DNA of 64,000 nt. Origin: Azolla caroliniana (Eukaryota; Plantae; Polypodiophyta). Below are positions 46,955-59,600 of this stretch, in pieces. Both the position numbers and the translations under genes were made by a program. Each line of letters opens with the position of its first letter. Position 1 is the first letter of the stretch. The notes beneath the pieces were generated by a model. That model did not search any database and was not told the origin of the DNA. It saw nothing but the letters and a program-made list of their open reading frames with translations. The DNA lies in assembly GCA_043228905.1 (NCBI GenBank), contig JBHGNT010000013.1:434001-498000 (forward strand), given 5' to 3'.

Positions 46955-49900
46955 ATGGATAGAGGCATGGATGCGTCGCTCCCGGTGGAGAAGCTTGACA
47001 GGAGCAACTACACATCCTGGTCTTACAAGATGCACCAATACCTTCTTGGACACGGGTACTGGAGTTATGTCAAAGGAGCGAATGATGCGGCGCCCGACTC
47101 GGCACACAAGGACTTCCCGGTATGGGAACAGACGGCAAGCAAGGTGATGTATTGCTTCACGTCCAGTGGCAGACTACACGGGCCGGATAAAGGAGATCTG
47201 CACTCGCTCGCCTCTATCAATGTTACCGTAGAGGAAGACGAGATGGTGCAGGTATGTCTCGGAGGCCTGGCGTCCAAGTTCGGAGCGTTCCGGACTGTGG
47301 TGTGTACAAGGGAGAATACCCCCTCATTCTTCGACTTACAGTCGATGCTCCTTGTAGAGGAGAACCACGCCGGTGCATCTACCAGTGCATCCCCGGACAG
47401 CCGAATGTTGTACACGGGAACGGATCGGCTCCATGGGCATGGTGGAAGAGTTGGGTCGGCACGCAATGGAGGCGGCCGGCAAGAGCAGGAACGGAGGCAC
47501 TATGAGCGTGCCGACAACAGTTCCAGGACTTCCACAAGCAGGGGGAGTCAAGGCGGTGCCAGAGGCCGGCAAGACAAATCCGCTACAGAATGCTGGTACT
47601 GTGGCAAAAAAGGCCACAGGGAAAGCGAGTGCTGGAGAAAGCGTGCCGATTCAGACAAATCCGGATCCGGCAAGACCGGTAAGGATGGCCGGCAAAACTC
47701 GCACTACTCAAACGGATCAGGAGGATCCGGAACCGGAAAGGCCGGTAAGGGGCCAGCCTTGGTGATGAATCAAAGGCAAACTCAATGAAGAAGACCACTT
47801 CCAAAACGGAGGAAGTGTGGTATGTTGATTCCAGCGCATCGAACCACATGACGAGCCACAAAGAGTGGTTCTCCTTTCTGGAGAAACCAGATCAACCAGG
47901 AGTAGTCGAAACCGGAGACGACACTCCTCACCCAATCGTGCACGTCGGAGAACTCCCTCTAAGCCACGTCGGACAGAAAGGGAAGCTGATGAACGTATTA
48001 CACGTTCCGACAATCACGAAGAACCTGGTGTTCGTCGGTCAGATTGTCGACCAGGGGATGCAGGTGCGGTTTACGCACCTCGGGTGCTTCATTGAGGATG
48101 AGGGCAAAGTCATTGCGCAAGGGCGCAGAGACGGGAGGATGTTTATCCTCAACACCAATGACTTTGGCACCGCTCTGTTCGCGAAACGACAGAAGGTCGA
48201 GTTGGACATCGACCTGTGGCACAAGCAGATAGGCCACGTCAACTACCGGAGGCTTCAAGACCTGCAATCGAAACAAGTCGTTTTCAGTTTGCCGAAGTTC
48301 AGCGGCCGGAGAGCCGAAATTTGTGAAGCCTACCAACTTGGGAAGCAACACCGGCTTCCATTCCCCACTGAACGGAACCGGAGCCGTAACAAGCTCAATC
48401 TCATCCATTCGGATGTGTGGGGACCGGCACAAAGTGTAAGCCTTGGCGGGAGCCGATACTTCGTCTCCTTCATAGACGACTATACTCGACATACTTGGAT
48501 CTACCTCATTGAGCGGAAGAGCGAAGTCTTCGACTGTTTCCGGAGCCTCCAGAAGATGGTGGAATGGGAATCAGAGAGGAAGATCAAATGCCTTCGGTCG
48601 GATGGCGGAAAGGAATATTTTTCCGGCCAATTCACTAGTTATCGGCAGCAGAAGGGAATTCGGCGAGAGTTCAACTGCAGATACACACCGGAGCAAAACG
48701 GTGTGGCCGAAAGGAAGAACCGGACACTCGTCGAAGCGGCAAGGGCAATGCTAGAGGAGAAGAGCATGCCCCGGTTCTACTGGGCGGAGGCGGTCCGGAC
48801 GGCCGTCTACATACAAAACCGCATTGGTGACAAGTTGTCAGCTCATGAGCTGTATTTCGGGCGCAAGCCGAACTTAAGACACCTTCGCATATTCGGCAGC
48901 ATAGCGTATGTGCATGTGCCGGATCAGAAGCGGAGAAAGCTGGATGCAAAATCGGAAAAATGCATCCTAGTCGGCTATGCTCAAGAGCAAAAGGGGTATA
49001 AGTGCTATAACCCCCGGACGAAGGAAGTCCAAGTTAGCCAGGATGTCGAGTTCGATGAATCGGCATCCTGGTACTCCGTACCGACTCCGACTTCCGATCC
49101 CGACCCAATGTCGGAAGATCAGGCCAGTGAGCCTGAATCAGCCCTGGCAGAGGATGATGAAGCCGGGACTCAAGATGAGAGTTCGGAATCGTTACGGTTG
49201 AGTGGACCGAACGAGCGACTGAGTCGGTTGGACCAGTCGGATGAAGAGACGGCAAGTGGTGGAGACTCTGTCGTGCTCTCCCCGCGCAAGGAACCGAGGA
49301 AACGGTTCACGCGCAAATAGAAGGGGAAGAGGAAGATGCCGGAATTCGAAACCGGCAACGATGAGTCAGATCAGTGCGTATCCGACTCCGGAAAGGAGAA
49401 AGGCGGATCTTCGGCAACGAAGACCGAACTAGCCAAGAAGGGCCTCAAATCAGGTGACGGTGCATTGCGCCGATCAACCCTCCAGAAGGATCCCGTCATG
49501 CAGTACGGGTACAATGAATACATGGCGCATCATTATGCGTACATGACTAAGGTAACAGAAGTGCGTGAGCCGGAGAGCTACGCAGAAGCGGGAAAGGACG
49601 CAAATTGGCGTGCCGCTATGGACGAAGAAATGCGGGCACTCCATGCCAACGAAACTTGGGACCTAGTTGATCCTCCCCGTCACTGTAAACCAATCGGATG
49701 CAAGTGGGTGTACAAGGTCAAGTACAACGCCGACGGTTCTGCTAACCAATACAAAGCCTGGTTAGTGGCGAAGGCATACGCGCAGACCCACGGAATCGAC
49801 TACGACGAGACCTTCGCTCCTGTGGCGAAGATGACGACGGTTCATGTGGTACTGGCGGTTGCTGCGGCAAGGGGGTGGCATCTTCACCAGATGGATGTGA

Positions 49901-51429
49901 AGAACGCCTTCCTTCAAGGAGAGCTTGAAGAAGAAGTCTTTATGACTCAGCCCCCCGGATTTCAATCGGAGATGAACAAGTCGGTGGCATGCCGACTGAA
50001 GAAGTCGCTTTACGGCTTGAAGCAAGCCCCCCGAGCCTGGAACGCAAAGATCATGCACCGGTTGCGTAAGCTGGGGTTTGCTGTCTCTAAGTCGGACTCT
50101 TCGTTGTTCATCCGGCAAGGCTCTGACGGTCCGGTATGTATACTCTTGTATGTGGATGATTTAGTCATCACCGGACCGGGTCTTACCGAAATCAACCGCG
50201 TCAAGTCCCAGTTGTCGGACGCATTCGAAATGAAGGACCTGGGGGACCTTCATTATTTTCTTGGGATCGAAGTGATCCGGACCCCCGATGGCATAGTGCT
50301 CTCACAACGACATTACGTGTTGAATATGTTGTATAAGTTCGGCATGACGGATTGCCGACCTGTCTCCACACCCCTGGACCGGAACCAGAAACTCCGTCCC
50401 AACTCCGGACCGGCCTGCAATGAGAAACGGTTCCGACAGGTTGTCGGAAGCCTGATCTACTTAACCATCACCCGACCCGACATCAGCTATCCGATTGGCA
50501 TGGTAAGTCAGTTCATGGAGAAGCCGACCGTGGAGCACCTTCAGTGCGCGCAACGAATATTACGGTATGTCAGCGGCACTAAGGACCGGGGACTGCTATA
50601 CCGGCGAGGTATACCCGAAGAGCTTGTCGGTTACACAAATGCTGACTGGGCCGGCGATGCATCTGATCGCTGCTCCACTTCCGGATACATGTTCTCCATA
50701 GGTAGCGCGGCCGTTGCGTGGAGCAGCAAGAAGCAACCCACAGTGGCTTTGTCAAGCACTGAGGCTGAGTACCGGGCCGCTACCGTTGCCACTTGTGAAG
50801 CCATCTAGCTTCAGCGACTGCTGCGAGACTTGCGGATCGAGGTACCGACCCCGATCCCGATTTACTGCAATAACATGAGCAACCTGCAGCTCGCCAGGAA
50901 CCCTGTGTTCCATGCTCGCACAAAGCACTTCGAGGTGCACTACCACTTCGTGCGTGAGCGGGTCCTGAGCGGTGAAGTTGACCTACGGTATGTTCATACG
51001 GATCGGCAAGTTGCCGACATCTTCACCAAGCCGCTCGGATCGGACAAGTTGCAGCACTTTACCGACATGCTTGGTATTCAGCATCTCGACGTGCCGCACT
51101 TGAGGGGGAGAAGCAAGGGCAAAGTCTCTACCGAAACTGGCAAAGGCCAAAAAACTGTTGAACCCGTCGGTAAAAGGAGAGCCGGAAGAAGAGGGGACAA
51201 GAAGATGAGGAAGCCGAGTCGACGAAGGAAGTCGACACATCCGAACAGGTCGGAGCAAGCGGCTGTGAAGAAGAGTTGTGCACTCAGGAAGAGAAGTGCA
51301 TGTTGTGCGGAGGTCATCACGACGGTACTGACCATGATGCGGAGTCGAATGAAGAATTCGATTCACCGGCTGAAGAAGCCGAGGGAAGCATGGAGAAGGC
51401 CAAGACTCGGATGTGGTCTGATGTGGTGA
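46955..51429 (+). pseudogene. gag-pol: Gag-PR-INT-RT-RH of F with a gag deletion, a frameshift and stops at 49318 and 50806
   Basis: CWYCGKKGHRESEC, WYVDSSASNH, IHSDVWGP, QMDVKNAFL, LYVDDL, SSTEAEY, VADIFTKPL. Confidence 0.93.
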
Positions 51430-51830
51430 GAGGCCTGAAGCTGGAAGTCGAATTGGAGTGTACCGATTCGGACAAGAGCTGGAACGAGTCGGAGACAGCT
51501 GACTCGGATCAACAAATGGATCCGGATGAGTCGGATCGACTGAAGGACAAGGGGACATGGACACAGCGGAAGTCGATGCCATCGTGGGAGAACCGACAGA
51601 TCGGCAAGCGCCGGAGTCATAGCAACGTGAGTGCTAAGATGGGCCTATTGAGCAGACATGCCGACCGAGAGGGTCGAGGCACGCAGAACCAAAGGGGTCA
51701 CGGCAAACGGGACCGGACCGGACAAGGAGCGCGAGCAAGGCGGAGTGACGCCAGGAGAAGTCGGTTGGAAGAACTGACTGCCACAGAGGTCGACACTACG
51801 ACCCCACCTCAGGTTGAGCTTGAGGGGGAG

Positions 51831-52157
51831 TGTTGAGCGGCAAGCTCAACCGGAGCCGGATCGGCTGAATAAGCCGAAGCCGGTAAGCGAGACGGATCGG
51901 GCGAGACGGATCGGTATGACGGTGAGCAACCGAACCGGCAAGTTGTGGAGGCCGAGTGCAATCCGTAACCGGAAGTCCAATCGGAAGCCTAGTATAGGAT
52001 AGACTACTAGGTAGCTATAGTCTAGTAGTAAGTGTCAGATGCTCGTGTGAGCATTGAAGTACATGGTACTTCTGTCAGTCCCAAGAGGACTTGTATAAAT
52101 AGTGCTACTTAGCACAGTGTGTAAAGGTAGTCTGAAAATAATTTGAAATTACGTTCT

Positions 52158-52221
<64 letters not shown>

Positions 52222-52260
52222 GTTCTCTGTTTTACGCTTCCGCAAACACTCACGTTTACA
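51831..52260 (+). repeat. 3' LTR of F
   Basis: Repeat of 46481-46860. Confidence 0.95.
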
Positions 52261-52984
52261 GTGACCAAGGAGGCCACTTCCTTCACACGGTGATCCAGGG
52301 GCTCACTAACCATTATGATGTAGTCCACAAGAAGAGCATCCCGTATTACCCCCAGGCGAATGGACTCGCGGAGTCGATGAATAGAACCTTGTAGAACATC
52401 CTGAAAAAAATTGTCAATGAAAACGGCACGGATTTGGATACCAAACTTCACAACGCCCTATGGGCATATCGTACAATCTTCAAGACAAGTACCAATCTAA
52501 CCCATTTCGGCTTGCATTTGGGCTTGAAGCCGTAATGCCCATAGAATTCCAAGTCCCAAGTTTACGGATACAGATTCAGGAGCGTCTCCCCGAAAGACAG
52601 TTCGAATAGTTATGCCTGCAACAACTTCTCAAACTCGGCGAAGATAGGGTCTGAACCATGGCGATCCTAGAACAAGAACAACACCATCGAAAGGTGTTTG
52701 TGGATCAGCACCGAGGAAGTAATGAAAAACTTTTCACAATTGGAAAAGCTATACTAGTGTTCCAAACACGAATGGGACAAATGCATGAAAAACTGCGATT
52801 TCAGTGGACGGGGCCACACTGGATAATCGGTGTCGAAAATGGCACGTTCGAACTTGACACTGCGATTTCAAGCCATATTGGGGTCCCAAACCATGGAATC
52901 CTTTCCAAGCCAAAATGAAATTAGCAGAGGCAAACAACGGTCCACTCCTGCCACATCAATTTTGGGGAGAAAAAGCATCCCACA

Positions 52985-54713
52985 ATATCGTCGACCAGGG
53001 GATGCAAGTATGATTCACGCATCCCAGGTGCTTCATCGAGGAAGAAGGCCAGATCATCGCGCAAGGGCACCAGGACACGAGGATGTTTATCCTTGACACC
53101 AACAACATCACCACTGCTTTACTCGCAAAAGGAGAGAAGGTCGAGTCGGATATCAACTTATGGCACAAGCAAATCAGCCATGTCAACTATCAAAGGCTTC
53201 AGAACCTACAGTTGAAACAGTTTGTATTCGGACTACCGAAATTCAATGGCCGGAAGGCCTAAATTTGTGAAGCCTGCCAACTCAAGAAGCAACATCGGCT
53301 TCCATTCCCCACCGAAAGAATCTAGAGCCGTAACAAGCTTGACTTAATACATTCGGATGTATGGGGACCGACACATAACATTAGTCTTCGGGGGAGTCAA
53401 TATTTTGTCTCCTTCATCGACAACTACAGCCGACACACATGGATCTATCTCATTACGAAGAAAAGTGAAGTCTTAAACTGTTTCTAGAACTGACAAATCC
53501 TTGTCTAATGGGAAAGGGAGAGAAAGATCAAGTGCATGCAGTCGAATGGCAGAAAAGTATACTTTTCCGACCAATTCAACAATTATTTGTAGCAGAAAGG
53601 ATTTCAGAGGGAATTCAGCTACCGATACATGCCGGTTCAGAATGGCGTAGGCGAGAGGAAGAATCAATCAATTGTAGAAGCGGCACGGGCGATGTTGGAA
53701 GAGAAGAGCATACCCAAGTTCTACTAGGCCAAAGCATTTCGGACTGCAATGTACATCCAAAACTGGATCGAGGAGATGGTATCAGCACACGAGCTGTATT
53801 TCGGGCAGAAGCCGAATTTACGACACCTGAGGATATTCGGCAATCGTGCATATGTGCATGTGCCTGATAAGAAGAGGAGGAAGTTGGACCCAAAGTCAGA
53901 GATGTGCATTTTGGTCGGCTACTCACATGAACAGAAGGGGTACAGGTGTTATAACCCCAGACCAAACAAGTTCGAGTAAGCTGCAATGTCGAATTCAGCG
54001 AGTCGGCATCCTATTACTCTCAATCGACTTCAACTCCCAACCACCCAATTCTGGAAGATGAGGCCAGTGAGCCCCAAATGATCCGGGTAGAAGAAGAAGA
54101 CGAGTTTGGTACTCTAGACAAGAGTTCGATCTCATTTCGGCTAAGTGGGCCAAATGAAAGACTGAGTCAGAACAACCAATTGGATGATGAGCAAGTGAGT
54201 AGTGGAGACTCTATCGTATTGTCCCCATGCAAGGACCGTGGAGACGGTTCATGCACAAAGACAAGTGGAAGAAGAAGATGCCGAAATACGACACCGGTAG
54301 AGATGAGTCAGATCGAAGCGAAACCTACTCCAGAAAAAACGAGGACGGACCGTCTCAAACGAATACTAGTCTAAGTTGGCCAACAGGGCCTTTCAATCGG
54401 CTAACAAGAAATTGCTCCTCATATTTTGATAAGGATACAACGAGTATATGGTGCATCACTATGCATACATGACAAAGGTGGCGGAAGTGCGTGAGACGGA
54501 GAGCTACGCAGAAGCGGCGAAAGACTCGAACTGGCGTGCCACAATGGAGGAAGAAATGAGGGCACTCGATGCCAACGGCACATGGAACCTGGTTTACCCT
54601 CCCCGACCTTGTAAACCAATCGGTTGAGAGTGGGTATACAAGGTAAAATATAATGTTGACAGTTCAGTCAACCAGTTCAAGGCCTGGTTAGTGGCCAAAG
54701 GATATGCGCAGAC
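52985..54713 (+). pseudogene. pol: Element K: older decayed fragment (integrase to RT start) of the F copia family
   Basis: Colinear with about 48040-49790 (SAHELYFGQKPNLRHLRIFG, AKGYAQ); many stops. Confidence 0.88.
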
Positions 54714-57700
54714 TGCCATAGACACGATGGAATGTAGGGGGTTGAACCCTTGACCTCTTGGTCTTATTGGGCAACCTTACTAATTGAGCTACATCCATCT
54801 ATGCATTGGAGACACAAATACCAACGGGTGTGAGCGACCATGTGCGGCCTTCATCAGGAATTGGAACACCAACGGGCGTGCGTGAGCGACCATATGCAGT
54901 CCTCACCAGGAACTAGAACACCAACGGGCGAAGAAGTGCCAGTGAAGCAGTCGACTCAACTTCTTCTATCATGAGAGGGTAAATAGTCGACGTTGACCCA
55001 AAACACAACACAAACGATAGCGCTAATGAGAAACCAACGCAATCCCCACCAGGAAAGTGAGTGGTTGTGACCCCCACCGGAACTAGAAGGTGAGTGATTG
55101 AAATTGGTCCTCGCCAAAGGAAAGTGGAACGAGACTTGAACTAAAATGAAAATGCAGTGCAAGCGAGCAATGATTCGATCCCCACCAGGAAAGTGCATGG
55201 TTGTAACCCCCACCGGAACTAGGATGGTGAACAATCGAAAGCAATCCTTAACAAAATCGTGATACAAAATGATACCGATAGATGATGACAATGACGATGA
55301 AGAGGCAGAACAATGAAGATAATGAAAGACAATGCAAAGTAATGTTGATGACGATGAGGGTTGGGCGATGTAATGTTGATGAGACAACAAGAGGTGTTGA
55401 AAAATGATGATGTCGAAAACGAGGCAATGAAGACAATGATGATGAGGAAGCATCTCTAGAAGGAACGACTACAAATATGGTGATGGGGGCGTCTCTAAAA
55501 CCAAGGATGTTGATGACAATAACTCTAGATGCATCATAGTTCCCAACTTCCCGAGTTTCTAGCCTCGTCACTTCTAGTTCGTAACCCCACCATCCATGCT
55601 CCATTTGGTGTGTCTGTGACAGTTTGAATCCCTTCCAACTGGAAGCATCACTTGTCTTCGTCATCGCCCTTGCTTCTAGAGTTACCATTGTCGCGAAAAT
55701 ACGACGAAGATATGTGAACTTGAGGCAAGACCCCGAGGACTCCGACTAGAGGATACCAAATACGTGCATTTATACTTTAAGAATTAACAGAAATGAGAAA
55801 GTTTGATAAATTTCATTAGCAAAGAAAAAGAAATTTTACAATCTATCCCAAGATTGGGATTACAAAAGTTTTGGGCTTACGGAGATTAATCGATTATCAA
55901 ATTAGGGTTTTATGGAATTTATGAGATATGGCTTAGATAAGAAAATTTAGGGTTCTTGAGAGATATGGCTTCGATCCGTTGAGGAAAAAAATAATAATAA
56001 TAATAATAATACCCCTATTACATTGTGCTTTCCATCCTTATATAGTGATGGGAGAGACTTCGCACATAACAATCCATGCTTTCTCTAACTATAGACTTCA
56101 TGCTTTTTCTTCTAATAATAGTGTTCATGCATGTGAGATGTGCATGAATAGTTTTTTTGATCATGCGTTGTCTTTTAACTAAAGTTTTATGCACTTTACG
56201 TTCAGTTGCATGCATCCACACATGACCTTTACTTTAGTTACATGCAACCATACAGTTCGACCTATGCATGATTCGTACAATCGTCCCACCCGATTCGACC
56301 ATTCCGTTCCGGACATTCAAAACCGTTCCAAAATCATTTTGAGCAATTTTATTTACACCTATTCATCCAAGAAGTTCCACCACACCCATCCGTCGGAACA
56401 ATTTGGCCCAAATCACTCCAATTATTTTATGCTCCAAAGACACATCTACGAAGTAATAAGTTTTGGGTCTACTTATATACTGTTGGATCCGATGTTATCC
56501 TATCTATGTGGGATATCTCACAGTTCTGTTTTCCCCATCTTCTCAAACTTTGTACTCACATAACTTGATACTTATTTGTCCATTTCATATATAGTAAAAT
56601 GCGTTCAGAAGCTCTTGAAGACGTCCATCTTTTAATAACAAGACATTAATCTAATATAAAATCATTATTTCATTATTTTTCATATCGTGTGTGGAGAACC
56701 ACATGACACCGCCATCAAAATCCTTGTCTTCGACATCACCATTTTAGGCACCTCTTTGCCCAACCTTCATCGTCATCGACACTACTTTGTATGGTCTTTC
56801 ATTATCATCATTGTTTCGCACTCTTTATTATCATTTTTATCATCTATAGGTATCATTTTGCATCACGATTTTGATGAGAATTGTTTTCGATCGCTCACCT
56901 TCCTAGTTCTAGTAGGGGTTACAACCACTCACATTCCTAGTGGGGATCAAATCATTGCTCACTTGCACTCCATTTTCATTTTAGTTCAAGTCTCTCTCCA
57001 CTTTCCTTTGGTGAGGACCGATTTCTATCGCTCACCTTCTAGTTCCGGTGGGGGTCACAACCGCTCACTTTCCTGGTGGGGATCGTGTCGGTTTCTTGCT
57101 AGCGCCCTCTCATGATAGAAGAATATTTTGGTGAGGATTGATTTCGATCATTCACCATCCCAGTTCCGGTGGGGGTTACAACCGCTCACTTTCCTGGTGG
57201 GGATCGAATCATTGCTCGCTTGCACTCCATTTTCATTTTAGTTCAAGTCTCGCTCCACATTCCTTTGGCGAGGACCGATTTTGATCGTTCACCTTCTATT
57301 TCTGGTGGGGGTCACAACCGCTCACTTTCCTGGTGGGGATCGCGTTAGTTTCTCGCTAGCGCTACCATTTGTGCCGTGTTTTGGGTCAAGCTCGACTATT
57401 TACCCTCTCATGATAGAAAAAGTCGAGTCGGTCGCTTCACCTGCACTTCTTCGCCCGTTGGTGTTCCAGTTCCCGATGAGGACCACACATGGTTGCTTAC
57501 GCCCGTTGGTGTTCATGTCTCCGGTGAGGACCACACATGCTCGTTCACAACCGTTGGTGCTCCAATTCCCATTCACCCCTACACCACGCTTTTGAAAAGA
57601 CGACCGTAAAGGGGACGATAATGTCACGACATAGTGACATCAAATACATACTTGGTGAGGATTGAACCTACAACCTCACATCAACAAAATGTCTTGCTCA

Positions 57701-58080
57701 ACCATTTTGACATGAGCATACATTAAATATATAATGGTGTAGTATTCTATAGTCTAGTGTATAATACATTTCAGAATTAGAATATTTTAGTCATTAGTAT
57801 ATTCTAGAGATATTGTACGGTATATTCTAGATGAGTATATTCTCGAATGTATTCTAGAGATTTTCAATCTCGGAACTTGTATAAATACTTGTAACCTCCT
57901 TGGTCCCTTTCAAGGGATTCAACACCAATCATTGACACATCAATCTAGTCATCTTGTTCCATTCCATCTTGTCTCGTTCTTCATCTTTGTCTTCATGCTC
58001 TTGTGTCGTTTCTTAAGTTCCACGCTCGCAGCCCCATCATTTGTGCTTCATCCGAGTCCGTGGTTGGTGTGTTTGTGATA
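54714..58080 (+). mobile_element. Element G: rearranged non-coding LTR element(s) of the C/E type
   Basis: LTR-like end GTGACA at 55621 followed by PBS TTGAATCCCTT; PPT AAAGGGGACGATAA at 57608-57621; LTR 57622-58080 with TATA and matching primer. No TSD found. Confidence 0.6.
57622..58080 (+). repeat. 3' LTR of G
   Basis: TGTCACGAC...GTGATA, TATAAATA at 57880, CAACACCA motif shared with C and E. Confidence 0.7.
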
Positions 58081-58499
58081 GTATGCCCTATGATTGGACT
58101 ACGAATTGGATAAAACTATTACATAAATGTGGATATATAAATAATGTAAATAACTATTGAACCATCATGGTTGGCTCGCTAATGGCAAAACTATTTGGAT
58201 GTATAATAGAATCAAAGATAAATTCATGGACTGAAGAAAATGGTAAGGGATCAGAGCCAAAATGGTGAGAAGCGCCAAATTCAATTAATGTGGCATGCTA
58301 AATAAAAAGTGAGTGGAAAACCCCCAAATCAGTCCTAACTCCTAAATACGTAGCAATTGTCTCCACCCATTAAATGCAATGTGTACTACCCCCACCCCAC
58401 TCCCTAAAAAGATTATAAATTTTTCCACTTGTTTAGAAAAAAAAATTATAATTACTTAATACTAACAATACTCTTGTTTTGTTTGGCCAAAAACAATAC

Positions 58500-59600
58500 T
58501 TTTTTGGTACACCATAGCATGCTTCGACCCTAAGAGAGCTTATCAACAATCTAACTCTCGAAAACACCATAGCACCATTGATTAACTTGTCACCCTTCGA
58601 GCATTAATAGAGGAAATTCACTTCAAATGTAATGTTTTATATGGTTTCTTCGTAGACTTCAAGAATGCTTTTGATATGCTACCTCGTGAGCATCCTTGGA
58701 GGAGAATGGAAGAACTCGAGTATGCTACTAGTGTATATATATGCTTGCAATTTCCCAAAAAAATGAGAAGGTTATATGTTGTATATACCATTCATTATGT
58801 ACAATAATGAGCCATTTGAATGTGGGAAAGTGACAAATATCTTGGCCTTGAAGTTGATTCAAATCTAATTCATAGATGGAATGAATGTGCTAGGGACGGG
58901 AAATAGAGCATATTTTGCATTTCTCTATGGGGTGGAAGTATGAGGTGGTAGGATCCCTAAATCTACTTTGAAAGATTTTGAAAATGTCTAAAAGAATTTT
59001 CTTACAAAGTTTCTCGAATTTAAGAAACAAACGGCAAACACTCTCCTCCTAGTTGGTGCGGGATCACTTCCAATTTTGATCATGGACATGGAAAGTGTTG
59101 TTGAATACATGCTTAAAGTTCAATAAACTCCCTCACATCAAATCCTAAATTTGCATGGGGAGCAAGCCAAAAGATCCAAAGGGTGCATAAAAGTAAAATT
59201 TTGTGTTTTGGTTCAATGCAATAGATGTAGAAATGGTTTGGTGGATGGGGTGTAACACATTTGCTCAATGATGCATCGCTAGATTCTTCTGTAAATTAGG
59301 CCTTTTTGGAATTCCAATATTTCATGACATGGGAAAAATGTGGAGGCCCGCGTTGCACACATTATACTACACATGTTGCGCTCAACTCCAAAACCATATC
59401 CTTCGCTGAACTGGGAAACCGTACACAATGATATATGTTAGAGCCCATCCCATTGTCTACCATCCAAACCATTGCTTCCATGCGACTTAGCTCACACGCA
59501 TTACAATATGACATGGATCTTAGGGCAAAAGTAATGATAGTCGTCGACCATGCACACTTTGCTTGAAACAAGTTTGGGAGTCTGGGTAATAATCACATTT
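58500..59600 (+). pseudogene. Decayed non-LTR retrotransposon (LINE) RT and C-terminal remnants; boundaries approximate
   Basis: Readable motifs: HSTID.LVTLRALIEE, FVDFKNAFDMLPREH, KYLGL, LYGVEV, MRLSSHALQY. Confidence 0.65.

Larger units (their letters stand above)
46481..52260 (+). mobile_element. Element F: full-length Ty1/copia
   Basis: LTRs 46481-46860 and 51831-52260, TSD GTGAC, iMet PBS TGGTATCAGAGCG at 46861-46873, PPT TGAGGGGGAG at 51821-51830. Confidence 0.96.
43616..52860 (+). mobile_element. Element I: heavily decayed copy of the A/B family (PR-RT-RH-INT), interrupted by F
   Basis: IIDGGPGVN, LDGFSGYNQ, TDYCTKWVEAKAL; the SD|QGGHF motif is split by the F insertion. Confidence 0.88.

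Noticed and set aside
47785-47788. ATGA stop-start coupling between gag and pol of F
   Set aside because: Copia elements normally have a single ORF and this copy has other lesions, so a copy-specific indel is the simpler explanation.
54728-54796. Functional tRNA gene
   Set aside because: The anticodon arm does not pair convincingly; reported only as a tRNA-like cassette.
54815-54930. CRISPR-like repeat-spacer pattern (ACACCAACGGG)
   Set aside because: The intervening segments are homologous to each other, so this is a tandem repeat; eukaryotic context and no cas genes.
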